This document shows positions 9,869 to 18,995 of a DNA stretch of 64,000 nucleotides, piece by piece (the first letter of the stretch is position 1; each line of letters begins with the position of its first letter). A program made the translations under genes and the position numbers. The DNA comes from a virus. Lineage: Duplodnaviria; Caudoviricetes. The stretch is taken from positions 1 to 64,000 of IMG/VR virus record IMGVR_UViG_3300001687_001195, one strand, 5' to 3'. The notes beneath the pieces were generated by a model. The model was not told where the DNA came from, made no database searches, and saw only the letters and a list, made by a program, of their open reading frames with translations.

Positions 9869-10598
9869 ACCATTCAATGCTGTTGCTCCTACGTATTTGG
9901 CGATGTATGAACGGTGTCCTCGCCAATTCCGATACGCGCGCCTGGATGGTGAAGAAGATCGGAGTGTTGAAACAGAGCCACAAGTATTTGGTAATTTCGT
10001 TCACTATGCGATGGATTTTTACTTGGGGCAACGTATGGAAGTTCATGCGGCTTTCTTGCGTGCGTACCAGGAACGTATGATCGTAGAGCACACAGCAGCG
10101 TTAGTTGGGCGGGTTTTGGCTAAAGCTAGAAAAGCATTTGAGTGGACAGCGGCTCAAATGTATCGAGCAATAACCAAAGAGCCAAATACCATCTATATTC
10201 CTGAATTTTATTACACAGGACAAGGATTAGAAGGTGAACCGATTTCAGGGCGAATCGATTTGTTAGTCTTCTTTCCCTCGACCAGAAGTTTTCATGTATA
10301 TGACTACAAGGGAGGCCGCCGAATACCTGACGCAGACCAATTAGTGTTTTACAAATGGGGGGTACAACATTACTGGCCTTCTGCGAAACAGGTAGGAGCA
10401 TCATTCGTTTGGTTTTGGAAAGAGTATATAAAGACTGTGCGGTTTACAGAATCCCTAGAACGACATGTAAGTGAGCGGATCAAAAAGATGTTGGCTGGAG
10501 TAGCCGCAGAGCAATTTCCCACAGATAAGGGTACACATTGTAGATGGTGTGGGTTTAGACATCTTTGCCCTGAATTTGGAGGGAGAGATGACGGTTGA
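9831..10598 (+). CDS. PD-(D/E)XK nuclease, Cas4/AddB-like with an Fe-S staple
   Basis: YERCPRQF, FGNFVH, GRIDLL, DYKGG, QLVFY, CRWCGFRHLCP. Confidence 0.85.
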   Translation: MSLCTILTKQKRKPFNAVAPTYLAMYERCPRQFRYARLDGEEDRSVETEPQVFGNFVHYAMDFYLGQRMEVHAAFLRAYQERMIVEHTAALVGRVLAKARKAFEWTAAQMYRAITKEPNTIYIPEFYYTGQGLEGEPISGRIDLLVFFPSTRSFHVYDYKGGRRIPDADQLVFYKWGVQHYWPSAKQVGASFVWFWKEYIKTVRFTESLERHVSERIKKMLAGVAAEQFPTDKGTHCRWCGFRHLCPEFGGRDDG

Positions 10599-10851
10599 AG
10601 ATATGATGCGAATGAATCGAGAGCTTGAGGAGCTACGGACGCGCATTCTTCGCAAACAGGGAGAACGTGAATCCCTATCTCAACAAGCAACTGTATTAGA
10701 AGCGGAATTGAGGAGACAAGGATTTGATGTTGATAACTTAGATACATCGATTCAGAATTTATATATGGAATTGAATAGTGCTACTGAGGAAGCAAAGAAG
10801 AGATTGGCAACATTAGGAATTTCTTTGCATGGAATTGCACATTCACAGTGA
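10588..10851 (+). CDS. Small coiled-coil protein (possible middle segment of split SbcC)
   Basis: Heptad-rich, 87 aa, SD GGAG before ATG. Confidence 0.6.
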   Translation: MTVEDMMRMNRELEELRTRILRKQGERESLSQQATVLEAELRRQGFDVDNLDTSIQNLYMELNSATEEAKKRLATLGISLHGIAHSQ

Positions 10852-11869
10852 TGTGTTGCGCAGTCTTGCGAGACGGATTTCTGGCGCTATCCGTAAGAAA
10901 GACGATCCGCGATTCGGGCGTATATTTTTGTACACGATGAATGATAGCGCATGCATAGGTGCCGGAGATCTTGAGTACTTTACTGTTGTCAATACTCGGA
11001 AAGCGCAGGTTATTGAACATGGGGCGGTAGTAGTGTCTGCGGAGAAGTTCTTAGCGATTAGTGGTGGGACACTAAATGGGATGATCTGTATTAAAGCGAA
11101 GGAATCGATGGTTTCGATGCAACAAGGGAGAAGTCGTTATCGTCTTCCTATTCTCGGTCAGTGTGGTCTGGAAAATCTACCGACGATTGAGTGGAAAATA
11201 TCTATTTCAGCACATGGATTTTTGCAGCAGTTGAAGCGTTGTACATCTATTGCATCAAACGATTATTATCCATTCATAGAAATTCATGATGGACGTTTAT
11301 CAGTTACGGATAACACAAAGGCAGCGGTATTTCAGTTTTCATCCAATCCCGTAGAGCGCATTCATTTATCGAATCGAGGCGCAGAACAACTTGTAACTTC
11401 TTTGCGAGGTATAGATGTTAACGAGGTACTGCATTTTGGATGGGATGAGGCTTGGCTTGGTGCTTGTGTAACGGATCAATGGTTTTGGATTCGTTTCGTT
11501 GGAGGAGAGTTCCCGAACATAGCTTCATTTTTTTCTGGGCAACCGCAAACATCGTTTAGAGTGGAGGCGGAGCTTCTTAAGGATGCGTTAGGTAGAGTAT
11601 CTGCGATTGGTAAAGAAGATGTTGTACTGACATTGAAGGTACAAAATGGATTGATTGGACTTCAGGCGGCGGATTACGAAGGTGGCATGGCTTCGGATGC
11701 GATCGAAGCAGATACCGAAGGTGAGATGGTCTGTCGATGTTTATTATCGGACTTTCTTACTTCTGTTACCCTTGCAGGCGCAGAAAAAAGGGTAATCGTG
11801 AGTATTACAGATAGAGTAATTCTTTTTTATGGACACCAAGCGGCAGTAGCGTTGGCAAGGATGATTTGA
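10829..11869 (+). CDS. dnaN: DNA polymerase III beta sliding clamp
   Basis: 346 aa, three-domain beta-clamp pattern: AGDLEY..V, GAVVVSAEKFLAI, SRYRLP, VTDN, GEFPNIASF, LKDALGRVS. Confidence 0.8.
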   Translation: MELHIHSDVLRSLARRISGAIRKKDDPRFGRIFLYTMNDSACIGAGDLEYFTVVNTRKAQVIEHGAVVVSAEKFLAISGGTLNGMICIKAKESMVSMQQGRSRYRLPILGQCGLENLPTIEWKISISAHGFLQQLKRCTSIASNDYYPFIEIHDGRLSVTDNTKAAVFQFSSNPVERIHLSNRGAEQLVTSLRGIDVNEVLHFGWDEAWLGACVTDQWFWIRFVGGEFPNIASFFSGQPQTSFRVEAELLKDALGRVSAIGKEDVVLTLKVQNGLIGLQAADYEGGMASDAIEADTEGEMVCRCLLSDFLTSVTLAGAEKRVIVSITDRVILFYGHQAAVALARMI

Positions 11870-12504
11870 TGGAACAGATCGAAGAAATTAATGCTGCGTT
11901 GAATACAGCTTGGGATGAGCAACAACAGCGCCTTGGCGAAAAGCGTAGTCGAGAGGTACGTCTTGCATCTCTTGTCGAGAGGCGTATTGATTTAGAAGCG
12001 AAAGAACGTCTTCTTCGATGTGTACAGGAAGTGTTTAAGCGCCTTTTGGATGAAGGTCAAGAGAAGATTCTTCGTATGATTGAGAACGTATCTTCAGCCA
12101 TGTTAACCGAAGTATTTTGTAAACCAATTCGCGTATATTGCGAAATCATTGTAAAGAGGGGGTTGCAATGTCTTTCGATTGAAGTTGAGATTGATGGAGT
12201 GCGTCGAGATCCTCGATACAGTTTGGGAGGAGGAATTTCAGATGTGCTTGGGTTCGTGCTTCAATTTGTAATCGTCAAATTGACTAAAAACGTGGCGCCA
12301 GTGTTGGTACTGGATGAGCCATTTAAGAATGTGGCAAAACAGTATCATGAAACACTTGGGGACATGATTGAACGATTAACTGAAGCAACGAAAATGCAAG
12401 TGGTCATGATTACTCATGAATCAGGACTTGTAGTAGGAGATAAGAAGTACTACATTCATCATGATGGAACAAAGTCAGTTGTCCAGGAAATGAGACAATC
12501 ATGA
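11869..12504 (+). CDS. SbcC/Rad50-like ATPase, C-terminal half (signature + Walker B)
   Basis: Coiled coil then SLGGGISDVLGFVL (ABC signature), VLVLDEPF (Walker B/D-loop), VMITH (H-loop). Confidence 0.85.
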   Translation: MEQIEEINAALNTAWDEQQQRLGEKRSREVRLASLVERRIDLEAKERLLRCVQEVFKRLLDEGQEKILRMIENVSSAMLTEVFCKPIRVYCEIIVKRGLQCLSIEVEIDGVRRDPRYSLGGGISDVLGFVLQFVIVKLTKNVAPVLVLDEPFKNVAKQYHETLGDMIERLTEATKMQVVMITHESGLVVGDKKYYIHHDGTKSVVQEMRQS

Positions 12505-12869
12505 TCAGATGTGATTTTGGATGTGGGACGGATTTACGATGTGAACATTTTTCTCCTGATCAGGAGCCAGTGCGAATCGTTCAGAAAGGATTATGGAAAA
12601 TACCCATATTCTTATGTGCGTTTCACAGAAGGCAATTAAGTCTGAATGATGCCACTACCGAGTTTCAAATATTACTCGGATCGGAAAGATTTGCTCCTGG
12701 TTGGGTTTTTGACGATCGTACGATCATTCATGAAGATGTTCTGAAGACATTGGAGGAGACCGGCAAATCAGTGGTATGGCATGGCCCGAACGTATCTCAT
12801 TCACAGCCCTATGCCCCTCCCGACGATGAGCCGGTCTCCCGTTTTACGCTATTGGATCGTCGTGAATAG
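12501..12869 (+). CDS. Hypothetical protein (Cys/His-containing)
   Basis: ATGA-coupled ORF; C-x3-C...C-x2-H. Confidence 0.55.
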   Translation: MIRCDFGCGTDLRCEHFSPDQEPVRIVQKGLWKIPIFLCAFHRRQLSLNDATTEFQILLGSERFAPGWVFDDRTIIHEDVLKTLEETGKSVVWHGPNVSHSQPYAPPDDEPVSRFTLLDRRE

Positions 12870-13842
12870 CAATTGGCCTGTACAGTATCGTCCGAAAGCA
12901 TTTTCTGAAGTTGTTGGACACGAAATACTGATTGGCATGCTTCAGAAAATAGCATTTGATGGCCAGATTCCAGCCATCATGTTGTGTGGTCCATCTGGAG
13001 TTGGTAAGACGACGCTATTGCGTCTGTACGCTAATGCATTAAGTACAGGCAGTATGGAAGCGCGAGAAACGACTTCAGATCTATTGGAAGTAGATGGAGC
13101 TACGCATGGAAATGTAGAGACATTGCGCTCGTTTGTACATTGGTGTCAATTGGTGCCTCAGCATGGACGCTATCGAGTTGTTTTGATTGACGAAGTGCAT
13201 GCAATGTCTCGGGAAGCCTTCACCGTTTTATTGCGCTTGGTGGAAGAGCCTCCAGAGCGAGCGCGATTCTGTTTTGCTACAACCAATCCGGATAAGGTAC
13301 CTGCTACGATCTCTGGGCGATCGATGGTTTTTGTCTTGCGTCCGGTTGGATTGCAGGAATGTCAACAGCGCTTGGAGCAGATCATGGCGATGGAGAACAT
13401 TGATCTTCCCGCTGATGTGCTTCAGGAGATCCTTCGCATCACTCATGGGCATGTTCGTAATGCTATTAAATTGCTCCAGCAAGTTTGTCAGGCTACATCC
13501 CCGACAGTCTCTTTAGTAAGAAGTCTAGAGGGGTTTGCTGGAGCGTTTACTGAGCGAGACTTTTTAGATGCTGTGTTTAAGGGTGATCAGGATCGATTAA
13601 TGGAGTACTGTGAGATCGTTCAGGAGCAAAACATAGATTTAGCGAAATTCTTGAAGTCAACGCTTTTGGTGTTTGATCAGTTTATTGCAGATTTGCTAAA
13701 GGGAAATCAAGAGTTACAGTTCACACGTTTTTACGTTTGGATGGAAGCGCTGATTCAGCTTTACCAGGAAGTGCAACAATTTCCGGGAATTGCTGGATCA
13801 ATATTTCGAGCCTGGTGTGCGAAAATTTTGCAACTGGCTTGA
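12862..13842 (+). CDS. dnaX: DNA polymerase III gamma/tau (DnaX)-like clamp-loader ATPase
   Basis: QYRPKAFSEVVGHE, GPSGVGKTT, EVDGAT..VETLR, VVLIDEVHAMS..AFTVLLRLVEEPP, GHVRNAIKLL. Confidence 0.92.
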   Translation: MNSNWPVQYRPKAFSEVVGHEILIGMLQKIAFDGQIPAIMLCGPSGVGKTTLLRLYANALSTGSMEARETTSDLLEVDGATHGNVETLRSFVHWCQLVPQHGRYRVVLIDEVHAMSREAFTVLLRLVEEPPERARFCFATTNPDKVPATISGRSMVFVLRPVGLQECQQRLEQIMAMENIDLPADVLQEILRITHGHVRNAIKLLQQVCQATSPTVSLVRSLEGFAGAFTERDFLDAVFKGDQDRLMEYCEIVQEQNIDLAKFLKSTLLVFDQFIADLLKGNQELQFTRFYVWMEALIQLYQEVQQFPGIAGSIFRAWCAKILQLA

Positions 13843-13856
13843 GTTTCGAGTATGAT
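13828..13856 (+). promoter_or_regulatory. sigma70/sigmaA-like promoter TTGCAA-N17-TATGAT
   Basis: -35 TTGCAA at 13828-13833, 17-nt spacer, -10 TATGAT at 13851-13856, at the replication-to-packaging module boundary. Confidence 0.65.
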
Positions 13857-13891
13857 CTTCCTGGTTCCTATCTGGAAGGATCGGGAAGATG
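13855..13891 (+). promoter_or_regulatory. Hairpin sequestering the SD and start codon of the putative terS
   Basis: ATCTTCCTG (13855-13863) pairs with CGGGAAGAT (13882-13890); inner TTCC/GGAA stem. Confidence 0.55.
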
Positions 13892-14305
13892 GATCCGAAA
13901 ACGTTTCTTCAGCAGTACTCTTCAGAATCTCCTGTGGAGACGCCGCCCTCTGCGGCGTCGGAAGAGCCCTCCAGCCCTTCAGAGCCCTTTGTACAGCGCT
14001 TTGAGGAGTTGATCCATGCTCGGAATGTCCCTTCCAAGGATGAGATCTTCGAGCTTCTCTGGGCCATTCTACGTGTGCAGGGTAGCCGGGCTGCGCAGTT
14101 CGCCCGGTTGGAGGCTTCGCAACAACTCAAGAGGTCAACATTGACTGCGGATGCTTCCAGGGAGATTCGACAGTTTATGCAAGGGCTGCGTCTCTACTAC
14201 GAAATGACTGGCGGAAAGAAGCGACTATCTGTATTAGACGATCGAGAGGTAGAACGATCTCCGCGCGGCAGGATGATTAACCATTTCGCGCGTACAGGTT
14301 CCTAA
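13889..14305 (+). CDS. Putative terminase small subunit
   Basis: Helical 138-aa protein directly upstream of TerL; positional inference. Confidence 0.45.
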   Translation: MDPKTFLQQYSSESPVETPPSAASEEPSSPSEPFVQRFEELIHARNVPSKDEIFELLWAILRVQGSRAAQFARLEASQQLKRSTLTADASREIRQFMQGLRLYYEMTGGKKRLSVLDDREVERSPRGRMINHFARTGS

Positions 14306-14328
14306 TAGCATACGAACGGATTCCTAAC

Positions 14329-15138
14329 GTGCTGAAAGCGTACGAAGGAATAGGAGTTCCTGCCGAAGTCTTGGAGTACTTATCTCACTACCCAGAAAAA
14401 GATCATTTTGACATTTTGACAGACATCGTATACCGAGAAGTTCCGGTATCGATGGAGCAATTTGTTCTAGATGATGCCTACCTTGGCCTAAACCGTTCGA
14501 TTTTTCCTAATCTTGTTCCTCTACTTACTTACTTAGATCAGTTTAGTCTACAAGAGATTTACATGCTGATCGGGCGTGGTGGAGGAAAATCGACCGTCTC
14601 TGCAATTTTGATGGCGCGCGGGACGTATCGTCTGATGTGTTATCGAGATGCAAGAGCTTTTTTGGGATCCATTCCAAATAAGGAAATCGTTTGTTTGAAT
14701 GTAAGTGTATCTGAGACTCAAGCCAAAAAGGGTGTGTTCACTACGTTAACGGCTATTTTGCAGAATAGTCCCTGGTTCAGCGGTCGTTATGATGCCCAGA
14801 CGCTTCGTATTAGCTTTGATGGTGGTTTTGAAGTACTTTGTGGGCATTCAAAAGCTACTACTTGGCTTGGTATGGATATTTTTGTAGGAGTGCTTGACGA
14901 AGCAAACTTTTTGGTTGATCGCTCTGACCGTTCTAATGCGGATGAATTGTGGGATGCTATTCAAGATTCTGGGCAAACTCGCTTTCCGCACCACTATAAG
15001 ATCATCTCTATCTCTTCGTCACTTGAAGACAAAGATTTTATGACTCGAAAGATTGAGCCTATTAAAGAGGCACGCGCTTCAAGGATTGTTATTCCTGGTC
15101 TAGAACATCTTTTGTCCTATCGAAAGCGTTCAGCATGA
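14329..15138 (+). CDS. Terminase large subunit, N-terminal ATPase part
   Basis: IGRGGGKST (Walker A), VSVSETQAK, VGVLDEAN (Walker B), IISISS (motif III). Confidence 0.85.
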   Translation: MLKAYEGIGVPAEVLEYLSHYPEKDHFDILTDIVYREVPVSMEQFVLDDAYLGLNRSIFPNLVPLLTYLDQFSLQEIYMLIGRGGGKSTVSAILMARGTYRLMCYRDARAFLGSIPNKEIVCLNVSVSETQAKKGVFTTLTAILQNSPWFSGRYDAQTLRISFDGGFEVLCGHSKATTWLGMDIFVGVLDEANFLVDRSDRSNADELWDAIQDSGQTRFPHHYKIISISSSLEDKDFMTRKIEPIKEARASRIVIPGLEHLLSYRKRSA

Positions 15139-16019
15139 GTAAACGGAGGGCTTCTAGACAAACGCTCCAAAGACAGCGTATGAAACCTCCAGAGTTGGTG
15201 TACAAAAAGCTCCCTGCTCGATTGACTAGGGAGAATTTCCCTACTGAGTTTTTTCAAAGGGGCATTGAGTTTGCCGTAATTGGCCCAACGTGGGATTTCA
15301 ACCCAAAAAGAACGATAGAAAGTTACCGGGACGAATATGCGAAGAAGCCAGAAAAAGTAGCTCGAAATATCGGGTGTCGTCCTACATTAAGTGCCGGGGA
15401 GAAGTTTTGTCGTAATCCTAATCTCATTACTGAACGAGCAAACCATGATCGACCGTCTCCATTGATTATAAATGGAGATGGTGGGCCTTATCATGAATGG
15501 TTCCGCCCGAGCGATTATGAGTATGTGGCAGCCTATGATCTAGGGCTACGTCGGGATGCGGCTGGTTTTTGCTTGGCACACGGGGACTATGAAGAGGGTA
15601 AGATAGTCGTTGACTTGATGATCCGGAGAGAAGTAGAAGAAGGCGCGGAAATTTCGTTTGCTGAACTTCGGGGGATCACGTATGATTTGTGGGATCGCGG
15701 ATTCTACGTAGCTTGTGTAGTCTCCGATACTTGGCAATCCGAAGAAACACGACAGGAATTTGAAAGTCGAGGATTCACATTTCGGTTCATCTCGACTGTG
15801 CGTAACTCGGCTCCCTATGAGACCCTATTGGATCTGTTGGTAGACGACAAACTGGATTTCTACTATGATCCAATTTTTGATGAAGAGTTTAGCAATCTGA
15901 TTCGGAATGGAAGGAAGATTGATCATCCGGATCACGGGCACAAAGACTTGGCGGACGCTGTGGCGGCAGCGGTATATGTGATTTCGGAGACGTTTAGCGC
16001 CTCACCTATGATTGGGTGA
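15135..16019 (+). CDS. Terminase large subunit, lid + C-terminal nuclease part
   Basis: PTWDFNP..RNIGCRP lid-type segment, YVAAYDLGLRRDAAG, VVSDTWQS, KIDHP..GHKDLADAVA. Confidence 0.85.
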   Translation: MSKRRASRQTLQRQRMKPPELVYKKLPARLTRENFPTEFFQRGIEFAVIGPTWDFNPKRTIESYRDEYAKKPEKVARNIGCRPTLSAGEKFCRNPNLITERANHDRPSPLIINGDGGPYHEWFRPSDYEYVAAYDLGLRRDAAGFCLAHGDYEEGKIVVDLMIRREVEEGAEISFAELRGITYDLWDRGFYVACVVSDTWQSEETRQEFESRGFTFRFISTVRNSAPYETLLDLLVDDKLDFYYDPIFDEEFSNLIRNGRKIDHPDHGHKDLADAVAAAVYVISETFSASPMIG

Positions 16020-18435
16020 GCGTTTGACTCGACGGGGAGGGCGGCGCGGGCGTAAACACCGCGCAGAGACAGTCCGAGAAGCAGAGATCATTGAGAAGGC
16101 GGAGCCTGCCTTTGCCGTCTACTCTCATTCTGCGCAACTGTACGATCCTACCTATTGGGAATCAGAGCGCCAGCACGGTTCAGTTTACAAAGACTCTATT
16201 TGGGCTTTTGTAACGATCCGAGCTATCGCTACCGTGGGCGCTACTGTTCGATGGGCCTTGATGCGAAAGACTCCAGGCACAGGGCCAGATGAAGAAGTTG
16301 CCGAGCATCCTTTACTTGATCTCATCGAACGACCTAACCCACATACCAGCAGATTCGATTTGTTGGAAGAGATTTTTTGGCAGTACTTGCTGGAAGGAAC
16401 CAGTTATGTAGAGATGGTAGCGCATGATCCTGTGTTACCTGACATCAATCGGAAGTACCTGCCCATCGGTCTTTATGCTCTGAAATCAGCATTTGTCGAT
16501 CCTCTTCCAGATCCTAAAACGCGTGTCAAGGGATACGTGTATTCTCCGAACGGCGAAAACATTGTTTACAAGCCGTGGGAGATCATACAGATTCGAGCGT
16601 ACAATCCGGAAAACGATCTGGAAGGGTACACGGCATACGATACCGCTCAATCTGCAATTGAAGTTGATCGAGATACTCAACTTTATTCGCGCAATTTTTT
16701 CAAGCGAGGGGCTTTCCCAAGCGCTGCCTTGGAAACTGACCGCATTCTTCCGAAGTCTATACAAACGCGCGTTAAGTCTGAGTGGAAGAATCAATTTGGT
16801 CTACGCAGAAATGCTCATGAAGTCGCGCTCTTGATGGCAGGGCTGAAATACAAGCCCATCGCTTTCACGTTCCGCGATATGGATTTCGAGCGTTTGCGTA
16901 AACTTGCACGAGAAGAAATTCTATCTGCCGGAGATGTCCCGCCAATTGTCGTTGGCCTAACAGAAGGATCTTCTTGGGCTAACGCACATCAACAGATGTC
17001 GGACTTTGTTACACATACGATTGGTCCGATTCTGATTAAGATCATCGATCGTTTCAATCTCGATCTTGTGGCTCGCTTTGACGATAGCCTTTACTTCAAA
17101 CCTGATTACGTTTCCTACTTAAAGTCTCCTGAGCAGGATGAAGCCAATGAGCGCCGTGCCCGTGCATTGTGGAAGGACGGACTCGTAACTAGGAATGAAG
17201 CTCGTGGAATGGCAGGGTTTGGACCTGCGAATGAAGACGGTGATGTATTCATCGATGCTCTGCGAGATCTACGTAACACTGGAAGTACTATAAGGCCAAC
17301 TTCAAGCGGATCCCAAGATCGGGATGGGGAGGAAAGAGATCCTGGCACTCTTCCGGATTCTCCGGATCGTGCGCGTGAGATAGAAGTACGGCCTCGTAAT
17401 CGCCTGGATCGTGTAGTCACTGAAGAATTGCGCGAGAATCAAATGATTTTACGCAATTCTGTAAGGAAACTGCGTGAGCGGTATCGCATTGATCTTCTGA
17501 CATGCATAACGGATATGTTTGCTGCTCAGAGTCGTCACTGTATGGCGAAATTGGCAAGCGAAAGCAATGGTTTCTGTACAATTGAAAAGACGGCTCCTGC
17601 TGAACTGACAGGCTTTCTTACGAATGTATCGATGGAGTTTACCAACAGTTTTGTTGGCCTTTTGATGCCTCTCGCTAAGGAAGCTTCTGAGTTAGTCATT
17701 TCTACACTTCTTGGGTACGAGACTGTCCCAGACAGTGATTTATATGATGCTGTAGCCAATGCTGTAACTTTGATGTTCTCTCAAGTGAATGAGACGACGG
17801 GTTTACGTTTGGCTAAGGAACTAGAGGGGCATTCAGAACGGCTCACAAAGGGCGAAGCAGAGCGCATCATCATCAGTGTGTTTGAAGACAGTATTGTAGA
17901 CAAGCACAGAGCGAACACAACTGTAGAAACAGAAATGACACGAGCCATTAGTTTCGGCATGCAAAAAGCGCTCGATATGAATGGATGGATGGCGAAAACT
18001 TGGTTGTGTGAATCAGGCAATAGTCGAGATGGGCATGCTCATGCGGATGGTCAGACGGTACCGACACAGGAGCCTTTTTTGGTTGGTGGAGAAGCGCTGA
18101 TGTACCCTGGAGATCCAGAAGGATCTCCCAATAATGTTTGCGGTTGCCAATGCATGATAGTTCCGGGGGCGCCAAGTGCTTTGCATGCATCTGTTGGCAA
18201 GGATGCGAAGACGCCGATTCAGAAACCATATTCCGGAGCAGGAGATTCATCGCTTCCTTCAGATATTAAAAGCTTGCCCAAGAAAAGACGCGAGATCTTT
18301 GTTTCTGTATTCAATCGTGTTCTCAGAGAAACCGGAGATGAAGGGAAAGCGTTTGCGCAAGCACGGGCTGCGGCTAAACGTGGATTGAAAAAAGAATCAG
18401 TAGTTGATCCTAATGGGCAAGATCTGGAGGAATGA
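16012..18435 (+). CDS. Portal protein fused to a MuF/SPP1-gp7 head morphogenesis domain and a C-terminal ChaB-like domain
   Basis: HPLLDLIERPNP, FFKRGAFPS, LVTRNEARGMAG (HK97-type portal); KTWL..RDGHAHADGQTVP..EPF..GEALMYPGDP..NVCGCQC (MuF); LPSDIKSLPKKRREIFVSVFN..DEGKAFAQARAAAK (ChaB); start uncertain. Confidence 0.85.
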   Translation: MGERLTRRGGRRGRKHRAETVREAEIIEKAEPAFAVYSHSAQLYDPTYWESERQHGSVYKDSIWAFVTIRAIATVGATVRWALMRKTPGTGPDEEVAEHPLLDLIERPNPHTSRFDLLEEIFWQYLLEGTSYVEMVAHDPVLPDINRKYLPIGLYALKSAFVDPLPDPKTRVKGYVYSPNGENIVYKPWEIIQIRAYNPENDLEGYTAYDTAQSAIEVDRDTQLYSRNFFKRGAFPSAALETDRILPKSIQTRVKSEWKNQFGLRRNAHEVALLMAGLKYKPIAFTFRDMDFERLRKLAREEILSAGDVPPIVVGLTEGSSWANAHQQMSDFVTHTIGPILIKIIDRFNLDLVARFDDSLYFKPDYVSYLKSPEQDEANERRARALWKDGLVTRNEARGMAGFGPANEDGDVFIDALRDLRNTGSTIRPTSSGSQDRDGEERDPGTLPDSPDRAREIEVRPRNRLDRVVTEELRENQMILRNSVRKLRERYRIDLLTCITDMFAAQSRHCMAKLASESNGFCTIEKTAPAELTGFLTNVSMEFTNSFVGLLMPLAKEASELVISTLLGYETVPDSDLYDAVANAVTLMFSQVNETTGLRLAKELEGHSERLTKGEAERIIISVFEDSIVDKHRANTTVETEMTRAISFGMQKALDMNGWMAKTWLCESGNSRDGHAHADGQTVPTQEPFLVGGEALMYPGDPEGSPNNVCGCQCMIVPGAPSALHASVGKDAKTPIQKPYSGAGDSSLPSDIKSLPKKRREIFVSVFNRVLRETGDEGKAFAQARAAAKRGLKKESVVDPNGQDLEE

Positions 18436-18438
18436 TTG

Positions 18439-18993
18439 ATGGCCATGAGTCGTGCCAGCGATGGCAAGAACTTAGCTCCAGAAAAGCTCGGTAAACCGCC
18501 GAAGAAAAGGAACAGTCCAAAGGTTCGTAAGAACCGTGGGGTTATCAAAAAGGATCTTGTGAAACAATCAGCTACAGTAGGTATACCGCAGGAACGAATT
18601 GAACATATCTGTCGCTTTGTAAAGCAGGATGAGGAACAACGGCTCGTTTATGGCATTGTCTATGAGCCAGATGTTCGAGACGCAGATGATGACTTTTCGG
18701 ATAAAGGCGAAATCCTGAAAGCGGCACATTTGTTCTTGGCTGAATTTCGGACAATGAAAATTCAGCATTTGGTTCCTAATAGTGGAGTAGTAATTGTTGA
18801 AAGCTACATTGCTCCAGTTGAATTTGAGATGAATGGAGAGATGGTTAAGCTGGGTACTTGGGTTTTGGTGACAAAGATCTTTGATGAAGAAATTTGGAAA
18901 TTGGTGCAGAGTGGTGAATTGACTGGATACAGCATGGGCGGATTCGCCACCCGTGAATTTGAAGAAGATTCGGATTCTCGGGGAGGGAGTTAA
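18439..18993 (+). CDS. XkdF-like prohead serine protease
   Basis: EEQRLVYGIVYEPDVRDADDDF..EILKAAHLFL, QH, ESYIAP..GTWVL, GELTGYSMGG. Confidence 0.85.
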   Translation: MAMSRASDGKNLAPEKLGKPPKKRNSPKVRKNRGVIKKDLVKQSATVGIPQERIEHICRFVKQDEEQRLVYGIVYEPDVRDADDDFSDKGEILKAAHLFLAEFRTMKIQHLVPNSGVVIVESYIAPVEFEMNGEMVKLGTWVLVTKIFDEEIWKLVQSGELTGYSMGGFATREFEEDSDSRGGS

Positions 18994-18995
18994 CA

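Noticed and set aside
9831-10598. Cas4-like nuclease as a sign of CRISPR
   Set aside because: No repeat-spacer array or other cas gene seen; solo Cas4/AddB-like nucleases are common in phage recombination modules
876-16019. Inteins or introns in PolA, RecA or TerL
   Set aside because: Motif spacing is compact; no splice-junction or homing-endonuclease motifs seen
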